Shown here piece after piece: positions 1 to 11,247 of a DNA stretch of 64,000 nucleotides; the first letter of the stretch is position 1, and the number at the start of each line of letters is the position of its first letter. The position numbers and the translations under genes were made by a program. The stretch is from Rhodothermales bacterium. Its GTDB lineage: Bacteria > Bacteroidota > Rhodothermia > Rhodothermales > VXPQ01. The stretch spans positions 42,477-106,476 of the forward strand of contig JBBDTI010000061.1 of assembly GCA_040904565.1 (NCBI GenBank), given 5' to 3'. The notes beneath the pieces were generated by a model, which saw only the letters and a program-made list of their open reading frames with translations, searched no databases and was not told the DNA's origin.

Positions 1-129
1 GATGTCGGGAGATATGGCGTTATGCCGTTCGCACAGGATTCGTGCCGTTCGCAGGGCCCTCATGCGTTTCATTGCGAAGGCGTTTCTTTATCTGCTCCCG
101 GCCTATATGTTAATGTAATTGAAATAGGC

Positions 130-270
130 CAGGCGGGCCGGCCTCTCGGCGATCGCGAAGACGCCATACTGTTTCTCGCCGCCGCCTTTTTCTTCACGCT
201 GGCGGGCGCCGGCCGCTATTCCTTCGATCGCTTTGTCGACGGAAATCCACGCATGACGACGCAGGTATGA
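130..270 (+). pseudogene. DoxX-family membrane protein, C-terminal remnant
   Basis: EDAILFLAAAFFFTLAGAGRYSFD matches the DoxX C-terminal GAGrySlD motif; the N-terminus is unrelated or missing. Confidence 0.45.
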
Positions 271-388
271 TGAGGCAGGCGGCCGTGCCCAGCGCGCGTT
301 GTACCTGGGTGAGACCGCTGTAGGTGCCGTCGGAATTTTCGAGCACCGTCAGCGTCGGTCGTCCCCATAGCGGCTAGAAGAAACGCCT

Positions 389-1522
389 ATGTCAGACAAC
401 AAACAGACGAAGTCTTCCTCTGATGATGGAGAGAGGAACGCCCGGTCGGATGGTAGCGGCCGGGTCATGCACCGGCGCAGGTGGTTTGAAGCGACGGTCA
501 TCGTTTCGTTCTGGGCCGTGGTCGCGCTTCTCGACATCGCTCAGAATACGTTCGACCCACACCGGCAGTGAAGGAGGCATCCGCCCAGGCGAAGGCCTGT
601 ACACCCTCCTGGAGTACGGGCTCTGATACGTCGCGACGCCGCTCATATTCCGGCTGGCGGGGCGTTTTAAGCTGGATAAAGGGATATGGGGACGGCACCT
701 GCTGCTGCTCCTCGCGGCGGGCGTCGTCCTCTCCGCCGCCATCGATTTGGCGAATCACGCGTTCTGGAACGCGCTCGTAGAAGGGCCTGAACGCGTGGTA
801 TCCCTGACTGCGGTGCTCGGCGGCCTGCACATCCTCCCCGAGCTCGTGCTGTTTCTCGTTGTTTTACTCGCCGGCTTCGCGCGAGATTACTTCATTCGCT
901 ACAACCATCGCGTTGAGGAAGCGGCGCGGCTGCGAGCGGAGGCGGCCGACGCATGATTGCCCGCCTGAGCGAGTTGCTGCGGTATGCGCTCGAGAAGACG
1001 GACGTACGAGAAGTGCCGCTGCGCCAGGAACTCAGCTTTGTCGACGCCTACCTCGAGATCCAACAGATTCGGTTCAACGAACGTCTGTCGATCGACCGAA
1101 ACGTCGACCAGGACGTCCTCGAGGCGATGGTGCCAAACCTTATTCTGCAGCCGCTGGTCGAAAACGCCATCAAGCACGGCATCGGGCGTTTGGAAAGCGG
1201 TGGGCGCGTCGAGATCGGTGCGTGGCGTGAAAGCACTCGGCTGCACTTGACGGTAAGGGGCAATGGTCCCGGACCTGCACCGTCGTTCGTGGATGGAGAC
1301 GACTCGCCTTCCTTCGGCGTGGGACTTCGCAATACGCGCGACCGTCTCGAAAGCATGTATGGATCCGATTACGAATTAACGCTGGAACCGGCCGATGGAA
1401 ACGGTGCCGTCGCACACATCGCCATTCCGTTCCGTCGCCGGCCGAATGTCGGCGTGAGTTCGCCTACGGCCACGTCAAACCGCAGCGCCGATCAAGACAT
1501 CCCCGTTGACCCGGCGAATTGA
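389..1522 (+). pseudogene. LytS/YehU-type sensor histidine kinase, disrupted
   Basis: TM N-terminus split by a frameshift near 565 and a TGA at 624; C-terminal HATPase (LQPLVENAIKHG, GNGPG, GVGLRNTRDRL) at 953-1522; the NPHFLFN phospho-His box is absent. Confidence 0.8.
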
Positions 1523-2031
1523 GCAACGATATCGATGGCGGCATGAAGGTACTTATCGTAGACGACGAGCGATTCGATCAGGCTCTCGAGCGCGCACGTT
1601 CTACGCTAGCTTCACGGACGCTCGATGAGTTTCAGAGCCGGCTGGAATCGCTTCTCGACACGACGGTCCGCCGTCCGGATGGCGGCTCCCGCTATCAAGA
1701 GCGCATCGGCGTCGAGCTGCGCGGACAGATTCGCGTCGTTCCCGTGGATCGCATCGACTACATCGCCGCGAGCGGTGCGTACGCCGAGGTACACACGGGG
1801 GACGAAACCTTTCTGATCAACGATCAGATGCAGGAGCTCGAAGAGCGGCTCGACCCCAACCGATTCTTTCGCATCCACCGAAGCACGATCGTTCAGCTAG
1901 ATCGCGTCGAAAGTCTGCACTACAAGCCCGGCGGGGATTATTACGTGGAGCTTCGCGACGGCCACATACTGCGCGTCAGCCGCGGCCGGTACGAAGACCT
2001 GCAACGGCGGCTCGGACTGGATCCGTCATGA
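1519..2031 (+). pseudogene. LytTR response regulator with most of the receiver domain deleted
   Basis: MKVLIVDDE joined directly to RFDQALERAR; intact LytTR domain (FFRIHRSTIV, LRVSRGR). Confidence 0.8.
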
Positions 2032-2546
2032 AGGCACGCCATCACGTGATCCTCGCTCTCAGTTCATCGACCAGCCGCTTAGATCAGGATACGACAGCTT
2101 CCTTCGGCAACTCGATGGTCAGGCGGTATCGACCGTTCGGATCCCCGGAATCGCCCGGGTCATCCGTAGGTTTTGTGGAGGTGCGCTCCCAGGATGCGAT
2201 TTCGCTGACACGTACGCAGAACTGATAGTCACTCGGGTCAGCTTTCCCGGGACAGCAGAAGAAGGTTTCGGTGCCACCCGCCGCGCTGCTCACATCGTCG
2301 AAGGTCGCGGTGTTACACGTAAAGCACCGCCCGTTTTTCAAACATATCCTTACAGCCATCTGCACATCCCTCGTTTGTGATCGGAATGGCAGAAGGTATG
2401 GACTGGACGTGTGGCCAACCCGGAAATAATCGAGATGAAAGGATCAATACCGGGCGTCCTGGCAGCCACTTTCAGGCGGCTATCACCGAGATAGCCGCCG
2501 CCAGGCTACCAGATAATGCACATTAGGTCCGCGACCAACGAACCGT

Positions 2547-3290
2547 TTATTCCAGCATCCAGTCGAACGCGTTCCGAACGATTAGATTGATGGCCGGATG
2601 TTCGATCGTTGCCTGGCGGTGGCCCGGCACGAGCACGACGACCTTGCCGTCGCCGTACATGTGCGCCCATCCCTGCGGGGAGCGACCGTTCTCGCGCGAG
2701 TGACTTTCGAGAAAGACGTTCGTCTCGCTCTCATCCATCTGCACCTTGTACTCCTCGTCGGAGACGACGAACGGCCCGACGCCTTCCGTAATCTCCGGCA
2801 TCTTGCCCGTCGTCGTCACCTCGATCTGTGTGATGGGCGGATGGCTGATGAAGCAGGATCGGGCGATCAACGCCGGACCGAAATCGCACGGATAGTTGCC
2901 GAAACCGTCGTGGTAGAGCAGCATCCGCCCGCCGTTGCGCACGTACTCTTCGAACCGAAGCGACTCCTCTTTCGTGAGCCAGTAGCCGCGCTCGTGGTCC
3001 GGGTCGACGTCGCGAAGCCGGTAGTTCTCTATGAACTCGTGGCCCTCGCGGCTGAGAATGATGAGATCGTACTCATCGAAATCCTCCCACGGCACGTCGT
3101 AGTCCATGATGACGACCGCTTGCCAGCCATCGTTACGCAGTTTGCCGACGAGATGTCGGTCGAGGGGAGCGACGCGATGCCAGCCGTCGCCCAGGATGGC
3201 GAGGACGCGCTTCTGGTCGGCATCCTGCGCCCTGGAGTCTGTGGGCGTGATGCAGAACAGTGCGATGAACAAAATGACAAGCAGTCTCAT
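2547..3290 (-). CDS. ThuA-like (class I GATase-fold) secreted protein
   Basis: Signal peptide; GDGWH, DEEY, WAHMYGDGKVVVLVPGH motifs. Confidence 0.8.
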   Translation of the reverse strand: MRLLVILFIALFCITPTDSRAQDADQKRVLAILGDGWHRVAPLDRHLVGKLRNDGWQAVVIMDYDVPWEDFDEYDLIILSREGHEFIENYRLRDVDPDHERGYWLTKEESLRFEEYVRNGGRMLLYHDGFGNYPCDFGPALIARSCFISHPPITQIEVTTTGKMPEITEGVGPFVVSDEEYKVQMDESETNVFLESHSRENGRSPQGWAHMYGDGKVVVLVPGHRQATIEHPAINLIVRNAFDWMLE

Positions 3291-3418
3291 CTCTTTCTCT
3301 CTTCCCAGGTCTACATCTGACGGATAGTTCGATCGGCGTCAGGCGGGCCTAGCGGTTGCGCCTGACAAGACGCAATATAGGGACTTTAACGTACGGTCGT
3401 AAGGGGAGTCCCGGAACG

Positions 3419-4774
3419 TCACCTTCCGGCATCGATAAACGCAACCCGCGAGCCGACATCCGGTTCGTTCGGGAGCGGCGGCGGCCGGTCGTCGACGAAG
3501 TTCAATATAGCCTGCCGCGTCAGCCGCATTCCGTCTGCATCTCCCCAGACCACGTGGCCGACTCCTGGGATAACGTGACTGCGATCGATGGGCAGGACGT
3601 CGAAATAATCCATCGCGAAGCCGCGTGGGACGTAGCTGCACGCTCCGAGCAAGAGCAGTGTCGGGAGGTCGAGGCCGGATAGATCCGGCCGCTTCGCCGT
3701 CCAGAATCCGTCCGTGATGGTTCGATTGGCGAGGATATTCACCCGCAGGTTTTCGAAATCGGGTACCGGATCGTCGGCGCAGAACGCAGCGGCTACGATG
3801 CGATCTTGCTTTTCCGGTCCCACGAGGTTCATCAGCTCCTCCTGACCGACGAACTGATTGTCGGCCGGAAGCAGCATCGCCAGTAAAAAGCGGGGCGAGT
3901 CGATCAGATCGGCCGGACCGGGTGATGGCCAGCTCGGGGAGCTGGTCGTCTTCTCGGCGTAGTGCGGATGGTCCTCCGGCGGTTCCATGCCCGGCACGGG
4001 AGAGGGTTCGATGAGGATCACGTGGCTGATGGTGCCGTTGCCGTTCTCGTAATACTGATCCAGATAGGAGGCCACGACGCCCGCACCGTACGACTGGCCG
4101 ATGAGAATGACGGGAAGGTCGATGCGGTCGATGACACCGGCCAGATCGGACACGTTGGCTTCGTGCGTATATGCCGGCACCTCGACCACGTCGGAGAGGC
4201 CGGCCCCGACCTGGTCGTACGTGTACACTTCGAAGCCTTCCCGGACGAATACGGCCCAGAACTCCCGATCGAAGTCCCGCACGTAAGCCCCCGGCCCGCC
4301 GTGAACGAAAAGCAGGGCCCGGTCACGCCGGGCCACAGAGTCCAGCAGCGTATCCAGCACCGTGTCCGGCAGCGTATCCGGCACCGTATCCAACAGAGTA
4401 TGGCGAGACACGGCCACGACGCGCCCGTCGCCGACCGTCCATCGTTCGATTCCCGGCCGATCCGAAACCGGCTCGAGGCTGTCAGGCGCCAGCGGTATCA
4501 TCGACCAGGCCACGATGAGGAGGGCCAACGTCGTCGGCGCTAGGCGGAGCAGGAGTCCGCCGACCGAGTGCGACCGCCGCACGGCCCACCAGAGCGTCAG
4601 CCCGGCCGCCACGAACGCCCCAATCAAGGCAGGAAATCCGCCGAACGCTCCTCCCGTCATCCACAACATGCCCACGAATGCGGACAGAGCGAGCACGCCC
4701 GAAACCATCCAACCCAGTACGATGAAAAGATACTTAAACCATCTCAGGGCGGTGGATTTAACCATCAAAGGCAA
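3419..4774 (-). CDS. membrane-anchored alpha/beta hydrolase (proline iminopeptidase-like)
   Basis: Three N-terminal TM segments; HGGPG, YDQVGAGLS, GQSYG nucleophile, GVGH catalytic His. Confidence 0.85.
   Translation of the reverse strand: MPLMVKSTALRWFKYLFIVLGWMVSGVLALSAFVGMLWMTGGAFGGFPALIGAFVAAGLTLWWAVRRSHSVGGLLLRLAPTTLALLIVAWSMIPLAPDSLEPVSDRPGIERWTVGDGRVVAVSRHTLLDTVPDTLPDTVLDTLLDSVARRDRALLFVHGGPGAYVRDFDREFWAVFVREGFEVYTYDQVGAGLSDVVEVPAYTHEANVSDLAGVIDRIDLPVILIGQSYGAGVVASYLDQYYENGNGTISHVILIEPSPVPGMEPPEDHPHYAEKTTSSPSWPSPGPADLIDSPRFLLAMLLPADNQFVGQEELMNLVGPEKQDRIVAAAFCADDPVPDFENLRVNILANRTITDGFWTAKRPDLSGLDLPTLLLLGACSYVPRGFAMDYFDVLPIDRSHVIPGVGHVVWGDADGMRLTRQAILNFVDDRPPPLPNEPDVGSRVAFIDAGR
4340..4399. 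repeat. five imperfect 12-bp tandem units inside the hydrolase gene
   Basis: gtccagcagcgt / atccagcaccgt / gtccggcagcgt / atccggcaccgt / atccaacagagt, encoding TLLD-TVPD-TLPD-TVLD-TLLD. Confidence 0.85.
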
Positions 4775-4868
4775 GGGGACGCGTAGAATACCAGGTGATA
4801 GCTATTGTTGAAGGTTCTATGGTTCAAAGGCGGTGAAACGGATTTCACTCCGCCACAGGACGACGCGG

Positions 4869-7790
4869 TTAAGGGATAAGATCCGGCATCCCCCAGCGCG
4901 TTACCAGTGCCCGCAGGTGATCCAGCGTACTGATCGAAACGTTCTCGTGCAACGCCTTGAGGACGACGCGCTGTTCGGCTGAAAGCGACGGCGGCGCGGC
5001 TTCCGGCCAGTTGTTCGCGATCGCTTCCAGATAGGCCTCGGCCAACGCCGGATCGGCCGTCTCCAGGTCGACCACCAGTTCTACGAGGAAGTCGGCAAGG
5101 ACTTCCGCCGCATGATGGGCTGCCACGGTACCGACCGCGCCGCGGAGGTTGGCGACGTAACTCGAATCCGTGCGCCGCGCTCCGAGATCCTCCTGGAGTA
5201 CGCGCCGGAGAAATCCTTCGCCATGCCGCGCGCCGGCAATTGCCGCGGCATCACGGATCCAGCGGTCCGTCGCATTCGCCGGCCGCAGAAGCAATTCCGC
5301 CACCGATTCACCCGCCTGGACCGACGCCGGCGCGTCGGCGATGGCGAGCAGCACGGCCAGGCGCAGCTGCGGGTCGGCGGGGTGGAGACCGGCCTCTTGA
5401 ATCGCCTCGAAGGTCTCAGGCGTCGGGGGCAGTACCATCAATGCCGTTCGGCGTACGGCCGTGGACGGGTGATGAAGCGCACCGGTAGCCACCGCCAGGG
5501 CCTCGTCGTCGCGTCCGTCCAGCGCCCCCAGACCGTGCATCGTCCAGAGGGCATGGATCGCACCCGGGTTGAGGGCCAGATCATCCACCCGCAGGTCGTT
5601 TACGAGCCGGTACAGCTGGGGCAGAACGTCGGACTCACCGCGCTCGACGAGCAGGCGTTGGGCGATCAGACGCCAGTGCATGTTGTCATTCCCCAGCGCT
5701 AGGACCAGCTCCTCGGGGGTTGCGTCGCCCAGATCGGAGATCCCGGACGTCGTCGTCGCGTCTTCATGGACGATCCGGTAGATTCGGCTGTGCCGGCGGT
5801 CTCTGAGCGCCGTCTCATACGCATTGCCTTCACCGGTGTCGTAGTCCGGCGGGGTTGGGTTGTGCTGGATGATGAGGTTGTACCAGTCGATGATCCAGAG
5901 CGCCCCATCCGGTCCGACGCGGGCCTGAATGGGCGCGAACCATGCATCACGGCTCGCTGCCAGATTCGCCTCGTTCTGCGCGCGAAAACCACTCCCGTCA
6001 GGCTCCAGAAAAAATCGGCCCAGCAGGTGTCCCGTCGGCCCGGCGACGAAAGCCGCTCGGTTCCAGTACGCACGCGGGAAGGCACGTGCCGTGTACAGTT
6101 CATGTCCGGCAGCCGACGTATAGGCCCCGTGGTGATCGACCTGACGGACCTCCTCCGCAAAAGGAAAGAAGACCGCGTGTTCCGCGATCGGTGGAAGGAC
6201 CGGCACGTTTCCGCGCGCATTATCATCCGGTGCAAATTCGCCCTTCAGACGGGCGTAGTAACGGCTCGGAATGGCCACGAAGTTGCTCGGATTACCGTTC
6301 GCCGTCGATCCGAAGGCGTGCCCTTCTTCGCTGAAACCCAGTCCCCACGTGTTGTTGTTCGTCAGGGCGACCTGCTCCAACCGCGATCCGTCCGGCCAAA
6401 ACCGATGGAGGCCCTGCGTGAGCCGCATCGAATCTCCATCGACGGCGCCGGAAAAGCCCGAATAGCCGACCGCACCCCAGATGTGGTTGTCAAAACCATA
6501 CCTGAGGTTGCTGGGTCCGGCATGCGTGTCGAACGTACCCCAGCCCGTGAAGAGCACCTCCCGTACGTCCGCCCGATCGTCCCCGTCGGTATCCTTCAGA
6601 AAGAGCATGTCGGGCGCCTGAGCCACGATGACGCCGCCGTTCGAGAGCACGAGACTCGTGGGGATGTTCAGGCTGTCGGCAAATACGGTAAACGCATCCG
6701 CCCTACCGTCCCCGTCCGTATCCTCCAGAATCTTGATCCGATCCGTACCGCGTCGACCCGGTTCGAAGTCGTTGGGATAATCGAGCGTTTCGACGATCCA
6801 GAGACGCCCGCGCTCGTCCCATTTCATGTCGATCGGATTCACGACGTCCGGCTCGGAAGCGAACAATTCGAGCCGGAAACCAGGCTCGAGTGACGTTTGC
6901 TGCATGGACGCAGCCGGGGACAGCGGCAGTTGCAGCCGGGTAATCGGGTCGCCCGTGACGCCCCAACCTACACCGGGCGGGTAATACGGCGCACTTCCCT
7001 CCATGCCGTATTCGAGTGGCGGCGGCGCGAGTTCAGCCGTCAGGGCCCAGTCGCCGGCCGACCACCGAATGCCTCGTTCGATCAGATCGTGAAACGCCGC
7101 ATTCGACCACGTCCGTTCGTCGTGTCCCCATGCCGTGTAGAAGACGCCTCCGGCGCCGTGCCTCCGCACCCAGGTCCACGGTTCTTCGTGATCGCCATCG
7201 ACTCGAACGGAGAGCACCTCTTTATCCGGATTATGCCGGTCGTGTACGTACGTCTCATCCCAGCTTACTACATTCGACACACCCCGCATAACGGGATGAT
7301 CGGGACGTACGATGTCGGTCCCGAAACTGTCCACGCCGTGGCTCTCGAACGCACCACCCACGAGGCTCACGTAGGCGTCCGAATTGCCGAACATCGCGGA
7401 TGCGGAGTGGACGGCCACGAGCCCGCCACCGCCGGCGACAAAATTGAGCAATGCGACTTCTCGCCCGCGGGACAGGTGCGGGCTATTCCCGTACAACATG
7501 ACCACGTCGTAGCGGCCGAGCGTTTCCGGCTCAAACACCTCAAGGCGCTCCGTATAGAACAGATTGATCCCCCGGTCCGCCATGCGGGGCAGGATCTGCT
7601 TCACGCGCGCTGCGGGCTGGTGAAAGCTGTCATCCCCAAAAAAGAGGACGTCGACGCGGTCCGACGGAGCAGGCTGCGCGCCGGCTGGACGTGGGCCGAT
7701 ACATCCAAGAAGAAGGCCCATGCAACCGAAGAGGAGGCCGAACACCATCCCAATTTTCGAAACCCGGTTGCGTGTGGATCGAGCAGACAT
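4869..7790 (-). CDS. ThuA domain + PVC-type membrane-bound dehydrogenase (beta-propeller) + HEAT-like repeats
   Basis: N-terminal ThuA (DETYVH, FYTAWGHD); LFASEPDVVNPIDMKWDERGRLW, LEDTDGDGRAD, DTHAGPSNL typical of TIGR02604-type proteins. Confidence 0.85.
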   Translation of the reverse strand: MSARSTRNRVSKIGMVFGLLFGCMGLLLGCIGPRPAGAQPAPSDRVDVLFFGDDSFHQPAARVKQILPRMADRGINLFYTERLEVFEPETLGRYDVVMLYGNSPHLSRGREVALLNFVAGGGGLVAVHSASAMFGNSDAYVSLVGGAFESHGVDSFGTDIVRPDHPVMRGVSNVVSWDETYVHDRHNPDKEVLSVRVDGDHEEPWTWVRRHGAGGVFYTAWGHDERTWSNAAFHDLIERGIRWSAGDWALTAELAPPPLEYGMEGSAPYYPPGVGWGVTGDPITRLQLPLSPAASMQQTSLEPGFRLELFASEPDVVNPIDMKWDERGRLWIVETLDYPNDFEPGRRGTDRIKILEDTDGDGRADAFTVFADSLNIPTSLVLSNGGVIVAQAPDMLFLKDTDGDDRADVREVLFTGWGTFDTHAGPSNLRYGFDNHIWGAVGYSGFSGAVDGDSMRLTQGLHRFWPDGSRLEQVALTNNNTWGLGFSEEGHAFGSTANGNPSNFVAIPSRYYARLKGEFAPDDNARGNVPVLPPIAEHAVFFPFAEEVRQVDHHGAYTSAAGHELYTARAFPRAYWNRAAFVAGPTGHLLGRFFLEPDGSGFRAQNEANLAASRDAWFAPIQARVGPDGALWIIDWYNLIIQHNPTPPDYDTGEGNAYETALRDRRHSRIYRIVHEDATTTSGISDLGDATPEELVLALGNDNMHWRLIAQRLLVERGESDVLPQLYRLVNDLRVDDLALNPGAIHALWTMHGLGALDGRDDEALAVATGALHHPSTAVRRTALMVLPPTPETFEAIQEAGLHPADPQLRLAVLLAIADAPASVQAGESVAELLLRPANATDRWIRDAAAIAGARHGEGFLRRVLQEDLGARRTDSSYVANLRGAVGTVAAHHAAEVLADFLVELVVDLETADPALAEAYLEAIANNWPEAAPPSLSAEQRVVLKALHENVSISTLDHLRALVTRWGMPDLIP

Positions 7791-7815
7791 AGGCTATTGC
7801 AGCAAAGCGTGATAT

Positions 7816-8688
7816 TTAGTGAGGGCCGGTATGCTCCATTCCGTGCCCAGGGAAGAGTGAGCGGAGAAAGCGCAGTCCGTCGCGCGCCAGCGTGTCGGGG
7901 TCCGGGGCCAGGGGCCGCCAGATGGACGCCGCACGAGCGATGGCTTCGACACGCTCTGAAAACGTTTCGATGACGATCTTGCCGTCGTACTCGATCTCCC
8001 GCAGCGCCGCTGCGATGTCCGACCAGGGCAGGTGACCCGTCCCCGGCGTGCCGCGGTCGTTTTCCGCGAGCTGCACGTGAACGAGCCGCTTACCGGCATC
8101 GCGGAGGGCGTCGGCTGGATTTTTCTCCTCGATCCCGGCATGAAACAGATCGAGGCTGAGTCCGACGGACGGATGATCCACCCTGTCGACCAGTTCGATC
8201 GCCTGTGCCGTCGTGTTGAGGAAACTCGTCTCATACCGGTTGAGCGGTTCGATCCCCAGGGTGATTCCATAGGTCGCCGCCCGTTCACCGAGAGCGCGCA
8301 GGATGTCGACGAGCCGCGCCACGTCCAGCTCCCGTTCCTCCGGCGTCGACCGCCAGCACCTGCCGACGGCTGAATACAAGGGGCCTACGAGCGTGGGCGA
8401 TCCCGCCGCGTCGGCCGTCTCGAGACACGCCTGCAGATACGCGATGCCCCTGTCGGACTCCTCCGGAAGGAGGAGATCGCGCCCCGGACCGATGACGGCA
8501 CAGATGGAAAGATCGAGTCCATGCCCGTCAGCGAGGTTTCGTGCTCGCGAAACGTCGAAATCGCCCGGTGCCTCGACGGGCAGCTCGACCGCGTCGTAGC
8601 CCATTTCTGCGATATGCGGAAGGAGCGTTTCCAGCTTCTCGGTCGTAGCCGGAGACACCCAGACCCAGGTGCTGATGCCGAGCTTCAT
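7816..8688 (-). CDS. sugar phosphate isomerase/epimerase (D-psicose/tagatose 3-epimerase family)
   Basis: EPLNRYET, LDLFHAGIEE, ENDRGTPGTGH, IETF motifs; start trimmed to MKLGIS. Confidence 0.9.
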   Translation of the reverse strand: MKLGISTWVWVSPATTEKLETLLPHIAEMGYDAVELPVEAPGDFDVSRARNLADGHGLDLSICAVIGPGRDLLLPEESDRGIAYLQACLETADAAGSPTLVGPLYSAVGRCWRSTPEERELDVARLVDILRALGERAATYGITLGIEPLNRYETSFLNTTAQAIELVDRVDHPSVGLSLDLFHAGIEEKNPADALRDAGKRLVHVQLAENDRGTPGTGHLPWSDIAAALREIEYDGKIVIETFSERVEAIARAASIWRPLAPDPDTLARDGLRFLRSLFPGHGMEHTGPH

Positions 8689-8980
8689 GCGTGTTCGCAT
8701 TCGATTGAATCGCGTCCGTCGCTTGAATATAGGTCTTCTTGCGGTGTCAGTCAGGCACCCTCGGGCTCGATCGAAGCTGCCCCAGAAAAATGAACGGGAC
8801 TGCACTTCCCGGTACATCACGCGCGGAACGCCTGAAACACGCGATCTGCCTGAACCCGTGCGCGCCAGAACCGCGTGGCATAGACCGGATCGTACGCAGC
8901 ACGTGGCAGCGACGTGCACCCGCCCAACGCCTTTACGGGTCAGTTTCCGGGATGGACGCGGTATCTCTCCCGTCGACACC

Positions 8981-9373
8981 TCAAAACCCGCTCCCAACCG
9001 GCTCCCAGAGCTCGAAGCGATGACCCTCGGGATCGGTGGCCCATCCGAAACGACCGTACTCATACTTGTCGACGCGATCATCCACCTCGACGCCCGCCGC
9101 ACGCAGCTGATCGAGCATCGCATCGAGATCCGCGACGCGAAAATTGATCATAAACGGGAACGTGCTTGGGGCAAAATACTTCGTATCCTCGGGAAAGGTG
9201 GACCACACAGTTTGCTCTCGGGACCCGGACCTGCCCGCCGTAAACGTCGCGTAGGTTTGTCCGGTCTCCACCGGCACACCAAGATGCTCGCGGTACCACC
9301 TGGCCAGCGCTACGGGATCGCCCGCCTTGAAGAAAATTCCTCCGATGCCGGTCACCTTCTCTTTACCGGTCAT
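8981..9373 (-). CDS. VOC/glyoxalase family protein
   Basis: KVTGIGGIFFKAGDP...INFRVADLD...DPEGHRFELWEP. Confidence 0.9.
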   Translation of the reverse strand: MTGKEKVTGIGGIFFKAGDPVALARWYREHLGVPVETGQTYATFTAGRSGSREQTVWSTFPEDTKYFAPSTFPFMINFRVADLDAMLDQLRAAGVEVDDRVDKYEYGRFGWATDPEGHRFELWEPVGSGF

Positions 9374-9436
9374 AGTTTAACCACGCCATTGTATTTCGGA
9401 TATACGACGATAGAATGCGGCTATGCCATGACGAAG

Positions 9437-9892
9437 CTATGTCGTTTCAACTTTCGCACGCCGCTCGGCCTCCACTTTTAGCGCCGCCACACCCTTTTGA
9501 AGCGCATCTTCGAGCATCCTCTGCATGGGGCCGGACAGAACCCGCGCGATCAATCCCTCGAACGATTCTTCGGTCCGAACGAGCGTACCCCCGTCCTTCG
9601 AGGCAAACGACCACGTATGGACGGCTCGGATGCCCAGCGGCGCCCTGCCCGTCCACCCGATGCGACGCTCCGGTTCGACCTCCCGAAGCACGGAGCGTAT
9701 CGGCAGCCCGCCCGACTTCCAGCGAAACTCCGTACCCGGCGCGAGCGGACCGCTGAGGTGAAGCGACGATACATCCGGATTCCACGCCGGCCATGCGTCG
9801 AGCTCGCTCTGGACGGTCCACACGACCGAGCGCGGCGCGTCAATGAACGCTTCGTACGTGGCGACGACAGGTGCGTCTCGATGAATGTCCAT
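9437..9892 (-). CDS. SRPBCC/START-like family protein
   Basis: IDAPRSVVWTVQSELDAWPAWNP, C-terminal helix ALKVEAE. Confidence 0.85.
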   Translation of the reverse strand: MDIHRDAPVVATYEAFIDAPRSVVWTVQSELDAWPAWNPDVSSLHLSGPLAPGTEFRWKSGGLPIRSVLREVEPERRIGWTGRAPLGIRAVHTWSFASKDGGTLVRTEESFEGLIARVLSGPMQRMLEDALQKGVAALKVEAERRAKVETT

Positions 9893-9969
9893 GTATGGAT
9901 ATCGATTGTTGCGAGGGAAGCTTCCTGCCGGCGTCATGCCGGCCGGGTAACGGGCGTCATGCCGGCGGG

Positions 9970-11247
9970 TTACGGTCCGGCCATGTTCTCGATTACCGCA
10001 ACCGCACGGGCTACGCCGTCTTCGCTGCGAATCTTTTCTCCGATCTCTTCAGCCCGCTGACGAATGGTATGATTCGTCGTGACTTCCCGGAGCGCCGCGG
10101 CCAACGTCTCAGCGGTCAATTTCTTCTGTGGAATCGGAGCGCTCCCAAGCCCCAGGTCGTGTACGCGCCTGCCCCAGAACGGCTGGTCGCCGAAAAACGG
10201 GCAGATGACTGTAGGACATCCCGCCCGCAATCCGGCGGCGGTGGTTCCGGCACCCCCGTGATGTACGACGGCCGACATTCGTGGAAACAGCCAGTCATGC
10301 GGCGCGTGGTCGAGCAAGAAGACCGTCGATGGAATCGCCTGCGCCTTCATTCCGCCCCATCCCGTCGCCAGGACGCCCCTCAAATCCGCCTGCTGCAACG
10401 CGGCCGTTACGATGCGCGCCGTACGCTCCGGCTTACGCCCCGACATACTGCCGAATCCGACATACACCGGCGGGTCGCCGGATTTCAGAAATCGCTCCAG
10501 ATCGGCGGGGGGTTCCCACTCGTCGTGACGATCCAGAAACCAGTAACCGGTGGTGATTGCCTCCTCAGGCCAGTCGGGCGGCTCAGGGACGACGTGCCGG
10601 CTGAACGCATGCAGAACGGGGATGCGGGATCCGTCGCTTCGGTGGAGAATATCCGCCCCAGGAGGCTCCGGAGGCAGGTCATGTGCCGATCGCCATTCCC
10701 GGACGTACTTGCCCCCGATTCGCTCTGCGATGGCGAGGACGATGCGGTAGGTCGCCCGGTTGTACCACGCCCCGAGCTTCCAATTCGGAAAGCCGAGGGA
10801 AGGAAACGACTTCGTGGGTACGAATTGTGGAAACGGAACGGCCAGCACGACGGGAATACCGAGCTTATCGGCGTAGTGCGGGGCGCCGCCCATTTTCGAG
10901 TTGTATACGATGAGGTCCGGTTCGACCTCCACGGCCGCTTGCCATCCTTCTTGCAGCAGCGACCGCTGGATGGGGCCCGTGTCTTTAACAAGCCTGACCC
11001 CCGTCTTAATCCCCGAGAAGAGGCCCCCCATATCTTCGAAAATACCCTGCCCCTCCACGGTATCGAGAATCGCGAGAAGATCGTCGTTCAGATAGGCGTA
11101 CGCGAGGCCGTGCTCTGCGACGAACGCCTCGAACCGGACACTCGTGCACACCGTGACGTCGTGGCCGGCTGCCTTGAGCCCCTTACCCAGCGCCACATAG
11201 GGCTGGACGTCGCCGCGCGATCCGATCGTGGCGATGAGAAACTTCAT
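9970..11247 (-). CDS. GT1 glycosyltransferase (sterol glucosyltransferase-like)
   Basis: GSRGDVQPYVALG, VYVGFGSM, HHGGAGTTAAGL, PFFGDQPFWG. Confidence 0.92.
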   Translation of the reverse strand: MKFLIATIGSRGDVQPYVALGKGLKAAGHDVTVCTSVRFEAFVAEHGLAYAYLNDDLLAILDTVEGQGIFEDMGGLFSGIKTGVRLVKDTGPIQRSLLQEGWQAAVEVEPDLIVYNSKMGGAPHYADKLGIPVVLAVPFPQFVPTKSFPSLGFPNWKLGAWYNRATYRIVLAIAERIGGKYVREWRSAHDLPPEPPGADILHRSDGSRIPVLHAFSRHVVPEPPDWPEEAITTGYWFLDRHDEWEPPADLERFLKSGDPPVYVGFGSMSGRKPERTARIVTAALQQADLRGVLATGWGGMKAQAIPSTVFLLDHAPHDWLFPRMSAVVHHGGAGTTAAGLRAGCPTVICPFFGDQPFWGRRVHDLGLGSAPIPQKKLTAETLAAALREVTTNHTIRQRAEEIGEKIRSEDGVARAVAVIENMAGP

